This document shows positions 23,570 to 36,152 of a DNA stretch of 64,000 bases, piece after piece. Source of the DNA: Eledone cirrhosa (taxonomy: Eukaryota); assembly GCA_964016885.1 (NCBI GenBank), contig OZ024741.1, positions 304,668,001 to 304,732,000 on the forward strand, read 5' to 3'. A program made the translations under genes and the position numbers. The notes below the pieces were generated by a model, which had not been told where the DNA came from, did not search any database, and was given only the letters and a program-made list of their open reading frames with translations. How positions within the stretch are numbered: position 1 is the stretch's first letter; the number at the start of each line of letters is the position of its first letter.

Positions 23570-24290
23570 GAAGTCAGCACCTGCTCGGGTAACATAGCTT
23601 CCATCAAAACGTCAAATTCATGGTGGAGCTAGGGTGGAAGGGCAGCCAAATCATTGATGCTCTAGAGCAGTGGTTCCCAACCTTTTGTGCACCATGCCCC
23701 ACCTCAACATTTCAAACATTTTATTGCCCCCCCCCCCCCCTCAATTTTTTATATGAAAACACAATGATCACCTGTAAAGTATAAACAAATTGGTATATAG
23801 GTGGTGCTAGATACACACAGTAACATGTGTGGAGGAGGAAGTGAGACAAGAGTTTCTGATAGTAATATATATTAAAGTTGCCTTTAGTCAAAGTAATAAG
23901 GTAAAACCTGAAGTGTTTTCATTAACATCATTTTCAAATGGCCCCTTTAAATATTCAAATTGTCCTGTGGGGTGTGCACCCCACATTGGGAATCATTGCT
24001 CTAGAGCAAGTTTATGGGAACAATGCCCCAAAGAAATCAGCAACCTACAAATGGATGTCGTTTTAGAAGTGGAAGAGATGAGGTTGTAGATGATCCCCAG
24101 TTGAAGATGTAAAAAAAGCTGCTTTGACATGGTTTAAGTCGCATGGCCCTCAATTTTACACAGATGAACTTAAAGGCTGGTATCAACACTTGCAGAACTG
24201 TATTGACCTAGATGGAGCATATGTTGAAAAATAAACATCATAACTAACCGTTTTCTCCAACTGTTCTTTTCAGGTGGACCATAACGCACC
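23570..24290 (+). mobile_element. Internally deleted mariner-like transposon remnant
   Basis: RFRSGRDEVVDDP-like and W...CIDLDGAYVEK* segments typical of mariner transposases. Confidence 0.6.
23668..23998. mobile_element. hAT (Charlie-type) MITE
   Basis: TIRs CAGTGGTTCCCAA / TTGGGAATCATTG; 8-bp TSD CTCTAGAG at 23660-67 and 23999-24006. Confidence 0.88.
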
Positions 24291-25419
24291 AGTTATGAGT
24301 TGGGATCAGAGCTCAGCCGTTGGGGTCCTGACTCTTTTCCTATATATATATATATATACATACATATATATAAGGGAAGGCAAAATCCCAATTGCGATGC
24401 CTATTGGTTTGGGGTTGTATTCGGCACCCCTTTTACAAGCCAAAACCACTGGTCACAGCAGTTGGGTTTTTACCTCTTTTATACCCACTTTTCTTTTTCT
24501 CATGCATAGCGTACTCCCCTGATTTGTGGTCTCCTCGTCTTGACACTGCAGACATTATATATATATAGAGAGAGAGGTAGAGATACATAGATAGATAGAG
24601 GTAGAAATAGATAGATAGACACAGAGAGAGTCTTCAGTGCTGAGATGGGGGGAGGGGAGTAGACCACTAATCATGGGGGCGTTTGTGGTTGGGATTTTAC
24701 ATATCTCTCTATATATATATATACTCACACTGAAGCAATGCATACAGCCACACATACAGAAACAATTAAACCAAGGGCAGAGGTGTTATTTGATACTGAT
24801 AACAATCCTAAATGCTGCCACACCTGTTGCCAATCCTGTCTCATTCCTTCTCACAATCAAGGCTAATTCTATTTATTTTTATAATACCATCCTGCCTTCA
24901 TCATCAACAATATTTCCTGTTTCTAATTATCCCCCCAATACTCCTTCCTTCCCCTTCTTTCATACCTCACATTATTTGAAGAAATTTACAGATGTTTGGA
25001 GAATTAAGTGTTTTTTCTGCATGAATTCAGTCCTATCATAAAGAAAGTCTATGTGATCAGTCGACCTGCTAGAAATAGCAGCCAAATTACCTTTAACCCT
25101 TTAGAATTTACATTACTCTGTATGTACTATCATATTTTAATAGTAAAGGCGTTATCTTACATAATATCTCACATAATATCGAATCTGAGATTTTGATATT
25201 ATTTATTTTCAGAACAATAACTTAACATCAGTATGAATGGCTTGTTCCAGCCGGTTGAACAGAAAGATGCGAGAGAATTCTGGCTGGATATGGCCGGTTT
25301 AAATCACATCATACTGTAATATATATATGTATGTAAAAGGTAAACAAAAATAACAATACAATCAGTACAGTATATGGAAGGAATATATTAGGTTAATGCT
25401 TGATATAGTAGGAAGAGGA

Positions 25420-25457
25420 TCTCAACGTTTTGGATGCTAGTCCTTCATCAGAAGAAA
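25420..25457 (-). ncRNA. Decayed Penelope-type hammerhead signature
   Basis: CTGATGAAGGACTAGCATCC-AAAA-CGTTG (GAAA read as AAAA, consistent with CpG decay). Confidence 0.45.
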
Positions 25458-28084
25458 TAAGATAGATTGAAGGGACAGGCAGGGTGGAATTGGAAAAAAA
25501 TGTCTTTAGATAAAAATAACAGGTCCATTATTGTTAACATCTGTGTGTGTGTGATGGATAAGTCCTAAATTCCTCGTAAATAGAAAAAGGATGTAATGGT
25601 AACAGCTAGAATGCAGTTAATTATAAGGTTTGGAAGCCTGTGGGATGGACTGTACCTGAAATTCAAAGGGCCAGCCTTGTCACATAGTCATGGTGAATCT
25701 CCCTGAGAATGACATTAAGAGTACATTCAGTGTCTGTAGAATGTTCAGCCATTTGCATGTTAATTTCATGAGTAAGTTGTTCTGTAGCACAGAACAGCTT
25801 CAAACAAAACCGGGGGGTGGGGGGAATCGTTCAACTTACTAGAAATAACAGCCAAATCTCTATCAGAGAACATTGTAGTTCCTGAGATAGGAAAAGACTG
25901 TTACCTAATATTTCTTTGAAAATAGAGTAAAGTGGTTTGAGTCCCAGGCTCAGCTGGTTCTGTCTGATAGTACCTGAAACAGATCCTTCTTCTGGGTTAA
26001 GGCCACCCACCTTGATTTCAAAATGCTAGGTTAGTTTTCAGCCTGTGTTGAGAAGGGATGAGGAATGGACCACAAAGCTAGCAACCTTACCACCATTAAT
26101 CAAAATTGCTACAAAAAGGATGAGCAGATACCTGGCCTGGGAGTAAACCTGTGACAAGGTCAGCAATCACGGGGAATGGAGATCTCGTCATCCCATGCTC
26201 CATGAGAGGCAAAAGGAACTCAAGAAAGATAAGACAAGATCACATCTTGAATGCCTTTTGATCATAGATGGATGAGTCGGGGGTGCTGGATTAAAGCTAT
26301 ATCTCAGAGACCAAGACACTTTTAACTCTCAAATGCCTGCCCCATGGAGATTTTCATAAATACAATGATATTTATACCTATCCAGCGTAAGTATTGACAA
26401 TATAGTAAAACTACTGTTTCAATAGCTTGCAGCACAGGATTCAAATCCTTTGAGTATAAGCAGTGAGGAATGGACTATGATAGGCTGACTAGCTTTGATA
26501 TACTCTAAAAAGATTAAGTCGACAGTGGTGCCACTATAATCAATAGTTTATGGAATAATGTACAACTACAGTTAGTTGGTCTGCTAGAAATCTTCCTCAA
26601 ACCCCAACCCAACATCTTTAAAAAGAAGGCACATTTGATAATATAATCCTCAATACATTTAAAAAAAAAAAAAAACAGTTTTCATGAATAGAATATCTTT
26701 GATTATACACCTGTTTAATCAGAGCTGTCCTGGGGCTAAACAACCATCATTGTACAGGATATTTAATGCATTGGGGTAGCTAATTGGCAGAGTTGTTAGA
26801 ACATCAGATAGAATGTATTACAGTATTCATTCTGGCTCACAGAGTTCAAATCCCACGAAATTCAGTTTGCCTTTAATTTTTTTTGAGCTTGATAAAGTAC
26901 CTCTCTAGTACCGGGGCTGATTCTTCTTCTATAACTCTTTCTCACTTCCCCTCTCCTTCTCTGGAGGAAGAAATAGGCTGTGTTCAGATCAGTTGAGGGA
27001 TAGGCTCCACCAGGTTTAAAATACTCAAGACATGCATGTATGTCACTCCACAAGGATTTACCAGTCCATACACATATACATAACACACAATAAGAAAATA
27101 ATGTATAGAATTTAAAATAAATCTTAACATTAATTGCTAGCAAGACTTAAATATTTATAGAACTTTTGCAGTTTTGACCAGTAAATCTTGCCTAGTTCTA
27201 CCCCTGTTACCCATCTGCAATTCTCTCTTGTTTTATACATACACATTTCTTTGTGTGTAGCTATGTTGGCTTCAGGCAGTTTTACATAGGAAAAACAAAA
27301 GAAAAATCCAATCTACTGCAATATTAATTCAGCACTATCTCTCATATCCTGAATATTTACTAAAAACCTTGGGTTCTATCCAAAAAACATTATCCACATT
27401 CACCCGCCAAACTTATTTCAATAACATTTGGCTTGTTTTACTTTCACCTACCTTGTTTTTAGTAGGGCTATAGCTATCCATCTCATCCATCACAGGTCAG
27501 TCAGTCAGTCAGTATTGTCTTTTTCTACAGACTTATACCAAGATTTGTTCTGCTATCAATATTGTAATTTCTGAAACTAAAGACTTTTTTTGGAATCACT
27601 GAAAATATATGACTAAACCACACAATAATAAAACCAGCCAAATAGTCCTTTCTGATACACCCAGATCTACCCTTCTCCCACCTCTTTTTTTTTTTTCGTT
27701 ACTTCATTGTATAACTTCTGTCTGTAAAATGTAGATTTCTTTACATATGTTTATGTATAACATAACAAAATAATATGTATTTGAAAGGTAAAAAAAAGAA
27801 GAAAAATTTGAAGGTTAACAGCCATTTTTTAATAATCATAATTACTTTTATCCCCAGCACCCATCCATTCTTAATACTTGATTTTCAGCACAAACAAAAT
27901 TATCATCCACCTTCCCACCAATTAATTCTTCTGTTATTCTTATGAGGTGTGGTGGGTGAGTATCTTTTTCAGACCATACTTAGCTATTTAATTCTAGTTG
28001 CTTCCTACTTATAAAATCTGTTTTCCTTCAGTCAATCAATTTATGGTTTTCATGCTATCAATAACACATTTCAAAGTCTGTTTT

Positions 28085-28705
28085 AACCCTTTCCTTGTCA
28101 TTTCTAATGACCCTCTGCAATTCTTCAACATGTAGTTTTAAGGACCACCAGATAACAGGACAAGGCCTTTTCTAGATCAACAAAAGCTAGAGATAGTAAC
28201 TTATTCTTGTAGCTGTCTCACTAAGAATAGGGCATCTGTAGTACTTTTGCCAGGCATAAAACCAAACTGCATCTTGTCTAATTTGACTCTTTCCTAATTT
28301 GGTTCACCAGGTTTATTCATCTGTAAGCATCACCTTTACCTTCGTAGCAATTTATGATTATACTACTGCACCAGCCATTGGTTATGACTATCCTGTATTA
28401 CCCGATTGACTATGCAGGTTACTAGTTTAGCATCTCGACAACTATCTCTGATGGTCCCATGGCTATACCATATCCTTGATTTCTCTGACCTACAACTGTC
28501 AATTTCAATAGCTAGTCTTTTTGTTGGTTAAGTCAGAGTTAGTCTCTCTTACTCCTTTTCATAACATTTCCAGGCCTTTTTCTTAAAGTGCTTATATCCC
28601 CAAACCATGTTTCTTAGTCATTTGAGGTCAGCTCTCACCACCTCTGCTCAGGTCTTTCTTGGTCTACCTCTACTGCAGCTTCCATCCACTGGCATTGCCT
28701 GAACC
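28085..28705 (-). mobile_element. Highly decayed RTE LINE fragments
   Basis: Reverse strand shows MQFGFMPGKSTTDALF and FVDLEKA motifs. Confidence 0.75.
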
Positions 28706-30159
28706 ATCAATCATCATCTATATATTTCAAAATGCTAATGAATTTCACAAATCAAATAGTTTAATAGAAAAACCTGTCCAGACTGAATATCTAATGTTAG
28801 AAGCAAGATTACCAAATCTCAGACTAGTTAAAATATGAAAGAAACTGGTGGTGAGTTCTATATTTACTAAGGTTGCATGAAATTAGAATCACTAAACATG
28901 CAATAAAGTCAAACGAACTAGCAAATAAAAGCATTAACTATTTTTTAACGTTTTTCGTTACCATATTTCTCACAAAATACATTTTGTACAAGCAGTCAGT
29001 ATTCCAACAGAGACACTGACCTCTCAGATTGGCTGAGAGGGGGATTAACTGCATCCTACATTCATGCACTCTACCAATGCTTGGGTAGACCAGGCACTGT
29101 TTTTGAATTAATGAAGACTTTGAAGGGATTTACAAAATTATTCATTATTACGCTTTTATTTGTAACAATTTAATAAAATGTTCTATCAAGGTATGTTAGA
29201 ATTAAATTCAAATAGAAATTCTTTAAAATGAATGGTTCTATTTTATAGAACTAGAAGCGGTTTTGGTCAGGTTAGTATCAAAAGGGTTACATATACTTTG
29301 GAAAAGGGGCTGAAGTGAAAATAGTTAGTGTTGAAATGCAATGAATGGAATTCTCCATATGCTAAGTAAAATCTTATCCAAATAGTAACATTTCTATTTC
29401 AAATAACTATTTTAAATTGTTCTGGAATATTGTATTTTTTATTACAACTAAATTTAGAATGTCATCATTCTTATAAGATGTATTTATCTATGTAAGGCAC
29501 ATCAGTAGTGCATTAACCTATCATATATGCCAAACCCAGTATTTGAAAGACTGATCTAACTTCTCAAATCATCAATACTCATTCCATCTAGTGAGCTGGG
29601 CATAATGCTATCAAATAGCCCAGCATGGCCAAGTGGTTAAGAAGCTTGCTTCATAATCATTTGGTCCTGGGTCCAATCCCACTTCACGGCAGCTTGGGGA
29701 AGTGTTATTTACCTCAGACTGGACCTGTATCATGTGAATGAAATCGAGAGGCCAGAAACTGGAAGTCAGTTGGAAGGACTGTACTTGTAATTCAAAAGAC
29801 CAGCCATGTCATGCTAAATCTTCCTGAGCATTTACATTAACACATGTATTTGTGGAATGCTCAGCCACTTGCACAATTTCATGAGTAGGCTGCTCCTTTA
29901 TCAAACTGACAGAGGTTCATTCCACTTGTATCAAAATCCCAATATCTCTTGTTTATCTGAAATAGTAAACAACCATATGAAAGCAGTTGTCTTTCCCTGC
30001 ATCTACATACCTTAGCTCTTGATGCATAATCCCTTTCTCAACTTATGTGAAAGGTTTCTTACAAATTTAGATTTGCCCTATCAAAAATGTTAGAAATGTA
30101 TATTTATGCAACATTAAAGAAAATATAAAATTAGAAGAGAATATTAACAACATTCACCC

Positions 30160-32738
30160 CAAACTAAACTACAATATACATTTATTTACAACTATTTTCT
30201 TAAGTAGCTATTTTTGGCATATTTATTGGAACAAAAGCATTTGAAAACATGAAAAGGAAAAAAGACAAATAAACCAGAAAGACAAATTATCTCATGAAAT
30301 TGAATAATTTATTTCTTTGCTAGAGAGGTAAAAAAAAAAAAAAAGCTTTTTTCTTTACAAAAATCATTTTTCAGATGGTGTTTCTCTTTGGCTTAAAAAG
30401 ATCTTACATTACATAAACATGCATATTCTCACTCATTCACTCACAAGCTAGCAACAAGAAAAGTATGCAGGCATACCAGTGATGGAAAGTGAAGATATTG
30501 GCAGAACTTAAACCCACTAGCTTGTCCCTCCTTCTGTGTAGTGGGCTACCAACATTCAAAACAATTACCAAAACATACTATTAAGGCAAGTGTGACATTT
30601 AGTTTTAACTGTTTTCCACAGGGATATTTCAGTTTAAAAAGTAGCATACTGTGATATCTTTAGATTTTGATCAATCAACTTTAAATATTTGAAGATTGCA
30701 GCACTTAACTACAATATTCAGAAAGAGAATACTCATTATAATCTATGAAACTAAATTTAGAACAAGCAGTTATTTAGGTTCAATGCAGACAGAGAGCATA
30801 CATGTAATATGTAATAAGTTAGCAACCCATTTTGCCAGATGGGTTGCAAATTCTAAAACAGGTGGTAACTACTGACAAAAATGTTGTACATAACTAGGGT
30901 GTTTATTGAACAATATTGTCATTTATATTTATCCTCTGAGTATATTTCCATCTAAAAATACCACATTTCTATAATCATGTAGTTCTAAAATGAACAACTT
31001 TCATTTTGAAACCACCGATAAGAAATATATAAGGCTTTAAGTCATAAATGTATTGGTAATAATAAGGTTATTATAAATGATAAAAATGTGCAAAATAATA
31101 ATAATAATCTAAGAGAATAATAAAACTGAACATACAATCTGAAGCTTCAGTGTTTATAAACAGCACACAAACTAGATGTGCCAAAATCCAACACTTTCAA
31201 AATCAAAATCTTAAGAAACTAGAGTAAAAAAATTCCCAAACTAATTACATGTAAAATATAGTTTTTCTAAGTCATCTTTTCTTTTTCTTCTACAAAAATT
31301 TAAAGAGATATCAGAAAAATATGTAACAAAGGCATATAATTAAAGGCAATATTACCCTATTTTCTAAATTAAGTGCTAAGTCTGTAAATTGATTGCAAAC
31401 AATGAACACATGCTGAAATAAGTTAATAAACCAAGATATTTCTTTTCTTTTCAAAAAGTTAAAAGACAAGCAAAACATTCTATTTAAACTGAGTAAAGTA
31501 AAAATTAATATAAGTGTTTGTGTGTGTGGTGAAAAGAAAACCATTTGATTTTACAGTTTCATTAATGCAATGTTTCATTCTTTGCTAATTCAATAAATAC
31601 AAGAATAAAATGTATCAAGTGAAACTCTGAAAGCAATAACAGAGCTAAGTTAGCATCTCACAAAATGTGAGCATTGGCTGTAGAATTTAAGAATAAAAAT
31701 AGTTTTCATTGTAATATCATTCACATGTTGTTAAAATTGGTTTTTTGAGAAGGAGTATAAAAAAAAAAACAAAATCACCTGAAATATAAATTTTAGTAAT
31801 TTTTTTTCCATTTTTATTGTTTTTTTTTTTTAAGAATTTTTATAACAAAAAAGTTACAGAGCTGTTTTAGCCCAAACACAAAAAAAAATGATGTTTGGTG
31901 GTGGTCAGGTATAGATCATATAAAAATCCTAAAGCACCTCAACAAGTATCAAAAATAAACTTTGTACTTCCTTAAAAAAAGGACCAGGACAAGGTTCAAC
32001 ATTCAACAATGGTCTCAGGTTATAATTTGTCCAACTGAATACCTATATTTTCAAAATGACTCCACTTCCAACAAAATAGCTCATGATTATCATATACATA
32101 TAAAAAGAATAAATAAATAAAAATAAACCAGTTTGCAGAGTTTCAACAGTTAGTTGTGTGTCCTTTTGATCCTTCATGAAGAGGGGGAGAAAAATAAATG
32201 TAAAAATCTACAAAATGGAGAGAAAGAGGCTAGCAGCTGCTCGCTACAGTATGGACAACTATCAGCTAACCAATATCGTAGACAGCAATTCATTCATTAG
32301 CAGCAGCAACCAATCACAGCAACTGTCTACACAATATAGATTATTACTGCTTTTTAGTGTAATTGATAGAAACACAAGCATAGTAACTGTCCATATTTCC
32401 TCCCCCCCCCTTTTTTTTTTATACAACACAGTAGACAGAAACTATTTTCATCTGTCTATCATACAGAAATAAAACCTTAAAGTAGACAATTACATGAAGT
32501 TGTCAGAAGAAAACACTAAAAATTATATATTAATGAAAGAGTAAAAAGAAACCAAAAGTTTTACCTATTTACTTCATGTAATAAGGAAGAAATCCAGCCA
32601 TTGTTAGTCCTAGAGAGGTAACAAATTAAGAGTTTTATCTACAGAACTTATATCCCTAAAAATGAATAAACTGACATCTTTGGCATGTCATCAGAACCTG
32701 ATATAAAGGGATCAGGGTTGGGAAGATGTTATGTACAA
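30160..32738 (-). other. Putative IGF2BP 3' UTR
   Basis: TE-free AU-rich stretch after the stop codon; AATAAA at 30308-13, 30222-27 and 30181-86 followed by GU-rich sequence; true end not determinable. Confidence 0.55.
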
Positions 32739-33011
32739 TTAGTTTACTTCTTGTTCCCTATTTGCTTTAACTGTCCTGTTTTGATGATAGGAAAGGGGAG
32801 GCTGGGGCATTGGAATCAATGGTGGTTGCTGAGGCTGCTGCATTTGAGGGGGACCCGAATTATGAAGGGCTGATACCATAAGATCTCGGATGCGCCGTTG
32901 CGCAGACTGAAGAGAGTAAAAATTTCCAATGATTGTAACAGGCACATCTTCTTCAGTGAAGTCATCAGGCAATTTCACAATGGCACGGCTAACTCTTCTC
33001 AATTCTTGAAG
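32739..33011 (-). CDS. IGF2BP: IGF2BP/IMP last exon (end of KH4, P/Q-rich tail, stop)
   Basis: AG acceptor 33012-13; LQELRRVSRAIVKLP...IIGNFYSLQSAQRRIRDL...EVN*. Confidence 0.9.
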   Translation of the reverse strand, partial: LQELRRVSRAIVKLPDDFTEEDVPVTIIGNFYSLQSAQRRIRDLMVSALHNSGPPQMQQPQQPPLIPMPQPPLSYHQNRTVKANREQEVN

Positions 33012-33458
33012 CTACAAGAAAAAATTATTTGCAATAAAGATAAAGCAAGGATTATGGGCCATATGTTTTAACCCTTCAAATACTGTATTTTGAAATTAAA
33101 ATTTAGAAAAACTTTGTAAAAATAACTTTTTCGTTACTAAGCTGCATGTATCCGTTTTTGGAATAGGTACACCATATCCCTCAATTTTGTAAGAGGTAAC
33201 TGAAAAGGTTCACATCAGCTATAAAACACTGCCTCAAACCATCCTGTCCAAACCCATGCCAGCATGGAAGAGTGGATGTAAAAAGGATGATGATGCTGAT
33301 GTTTGGAACATTGTATAACAAAAATTTCTTATATGAAAACATTCCATCAAAATTTTATTTAAGTATTAACATTTTAAAATGAGCAGTTTCAGGCAGGATG
33401 GTATTAACAGGGTTAACAAACACAAACACAAAATACAGATATAATTATATTTGCTTAC

Positions 33459-33587
33459 ATTTTGTCCACCACGTCCAATAATTCTTCCAATAATGCTGCG
33501 AGGAACCATAATTTCAGAACGCAACCTCACTTCTTCTTTACCAAAAGCTCCATCATCTTTGACTTTCTCAAAAAGATAAAACTGAGC
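33459..33587 (-). CDS. IGF2BP: IGF2BP/IMP exon (KH3 end, KH4 start)
   Basis: AQFYLFEKVKDDGAFGKEEVRLRSEIMVPRSIIGRIIGRGGQN; AG/GTAAGC, phase 0-0. Confidence 0.92.
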
Positions 33588-33606
33588 CTACAAAACAAAA
33601 TTTAAC

Positions 33607-33638
<32 letters not shown>

Positions 33639-34023
33639 ATAGATAAAACTAATAAATGCATTTTAAAATTAAGTTTCTCTGGCAAATGACTTGAGTTGAA
33701 ACCATGTGTTTAAACTAAAACAACTTTACAGTCATTATACTGCAGCCAAGTTTGGGCATTACTTTCAAGGGTTTAATCAATCATATCAACACCATTACTT
33801 CTTTTCCTTTTAACTTTGGTATTTATTTTATCAATCTATTTTGTTGAACTGCTAAGTTATGAATGTTAAGATTTAGTGCTAAAATATAATTGTTTAAACT
33901 CCTCTGGTACCACAATAAAATGCATCCAGCACACTTGAATTTAAAACAAATCCATGTGTAATATGCTAAATAGCCACAATTATTCATACAATATCTGCTT
34001 AACTCCCATTAATTTCAAGTGAA

Positions 34024-34130
34024 AATCCCACCAAGGTTAACTTTGCCTTTCATCCTTACGGAGTCGATAAAATAAAGTACCAGTAATGCACTGGGTATTT
34101 GCTGGCCTTGTGCCTAAAGTAGAAACAATT
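34024..34130 (+). mobile_element. SINE family A with 19-bp TSD
   Basis: ATTAATTTCAAGTGAAAAT at 34008-26 and 34128-46. Confidence 0.88.
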
Positions 34131-34584
34131 AATTTCAAGTGAAAATGTAGGTTATAGTAGGGAAAGCATACTGACATATAGCGTATCAGTGTATATATTT
34201 CTAATGAAATATAAGGTAGCTAAATTAATTTATAAAAAAAATTTGGAGAGATTTACTAAAATTATTAATTTTATTATTATCAAGATGGTAATTATAACAA
34301 TTTATGTTTAAAGATTTTAATTTAAATAGGAACCCTTTAAAATTTGTGGTATAGGGCAGGTTGATATCAAAAGGGTTAATTAAAAAATTGAGGGATTTAC
34401 TAAAATTATTAATTATCTCATTAACTAAGATGGTAAATTAATACATAATTCTTATATAAAATTATGTTGGATGATTTAAAAGATTAAATAGGAAACCTTT
34501 AAAATTAGTGGTTTTGTTTCATAGAACCAGTTTCTGCCAGGTTGATATCGAGAGGGTTAAGCCAAAATTAATTGTTTTACTTAC

Positions 34585-34689
34585 CTTCCATTGAGCATCT
34601 AAATCACCAACAATAATAGCTTTTCTTTCATCCATCACTGAAGTGGAACCTTTCTTCTCATCACCCTCACCTTTGTTATTTGGCAATAT
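34585..34689 (-). CDS. IGF2BP: IGF2BP/IMP exon (KH3 second half)
   Basis: ILPNNKGEGDEKKGSTSVMDERKAIIVGDLDAQWK; AG/GTAAGT, phase 0-0. Confidence 0.9.
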
Positions 34690-34810
34690 CTAAAATCAAA
34701 CAGGGCTTTAAATATTAAACTGAAACATTTGCTAATAATCTTTATAATAAAATGCATCTGTTACATGATAACCACTTTGTATTAGATTTGTTAGGGAAAT
34801 GGTAATTTAA

Positions 34811-35270
34811 CCCTTTTAGTGTTCAAATTGGCAAAATCCAGCTGCAGACGCTCATATTAAGATATTGTTCTAAAAATGTCATCAAAATGGAGCAGAAATA
34901 AAAGATAATATCAGTGATTTATCTTCAAATGAATTAGACGTGTATATCTCTGAATTTTCATCCAATGATGATTGTTGTTTTGATAGTGAAAGCAAAGATC
35001 TCCAGGACACCATTGAAAATGTTACAGCAACGTGGTCGGAAAATACCACACCAATACATGTTCCCAATTTAATTGAAAATACTAGTCCACAACATACATT
35101 ACCTCCCGATGCTAAAGCATGGGATTATTTCTTTTTGTTTTTGCCACAGATTTTCTTCAAAGTTGTAGCAAAAGAGACAAATCGTTATGCCCAACAATAA
35201 ATTTCTAATTGGGGAAAACCATCTATTTTGGTGACCAAATGAATATAAAATGAAATATGGCAATGGTAAA
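34811..35270 (+). mobile_element. piggyBac transposon 5' remnant
   Basis: TTAA|CCCTTTTAG terminus; acidic N-terminus and AWDYFFLFLPQIFFKVVAKETNRYAQQ piggyBac transposase motif. Confidence 0.75.
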
Positions 35271-35381
35271 AAGTGACAAGAAGGTCAAAGAAAATTGAGG
35301 ATTCAAGCATTTTTACATAAATGTAATCAAGGAATTACTATGCAAGTAAATAAGAAAAGGAAATAAAAATGATCAACTCAC

Positions 35382-35561
35382 TTTTATTCGAGCACTTGAA
35401 TCTCGTTTAATTGTTTGAATATTAACACCTTTACTTCCAATTATAGAACCAACAGCCCTTTTAGGAATATAGAGGTAAGTCACCTCCTCTTCTTGATGTT
35501 GCTGTGGAGGTTGGGGATTAGGAAGAAGGCCACAAAAACCAGGATACCAATTATTTCCTTG
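35382..35561 (-). CDS. IGF2BP: IGF2BP/IMP exon (linker plus KH3 first half)
   Basis: QGNNWYPG...EVTYLYIPKRAVGSIIGSKGVNIQTIKRDSSARIK; AG/GTGAGT. Confidence 0.92.
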
Positions 35562-35689
35562 CTGAAATAAATAAATAAAACCCACTTCATTAGCAGAATG
35601 AATCAACCAGATATGTCTAGTAAGGTCGCAAATTACCAGAACTATTAGGGGCATCAGATTGAAAATGCCTTGATATTTACACATTCAAC

Positions 35690-36152
35690 CGACCGGCAAG
35701 AAGATGTTCTCCCACAATGCTGCTGAAATGGCTAAAAGTAGTCAGCCCACCCCAAAATGTGGTCATGCTAGTGACAACAAAAGCCCCTAGTTCACCATTT
35801 AAGGTGCTCATATTGGTACCACGACAAAAGAGCACATAGTCCTCCTCGTAAGGTAACATGACAAAAGAGCACTTAGTCCTCACAACAAAAGCACTTAGCC
35901 ACACTGTAAAGTGGTCATTTTTGAGTCACATGAAAAAGATCCCATGCTACATTGTAAAGTGGTCGGTATCATGACAAAAAGCGCTCAGTCCATGCTGTAA
36001 ATGTGGTTCACATTAGGAAGGATATCCAGCCGAAGAAACCAAGCCAGAAATAGTTCTGTATGAGCAAGAAACGGTCATCAGACCTGTCTTGACTCACAAG
36101 AGAACACGTCTAACCCATGCTGTTGAAATTGGGCATTAAACAATGATGCTGA
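35690..36152 (+). repeat. RTE 3' UTR-derived repeat with several tandem units
   Basis: Repeated GACAAAAGAGCAC(A/T)TAGTCC units then TTAGGAAGGATATCCAGCC and GAT tail. Confidence 0.65.

Noticed and set aside
32670-32700. CTGATGA in the IMP 3' UTR
   Set aside because: No GAAA or NUH at suitable positions
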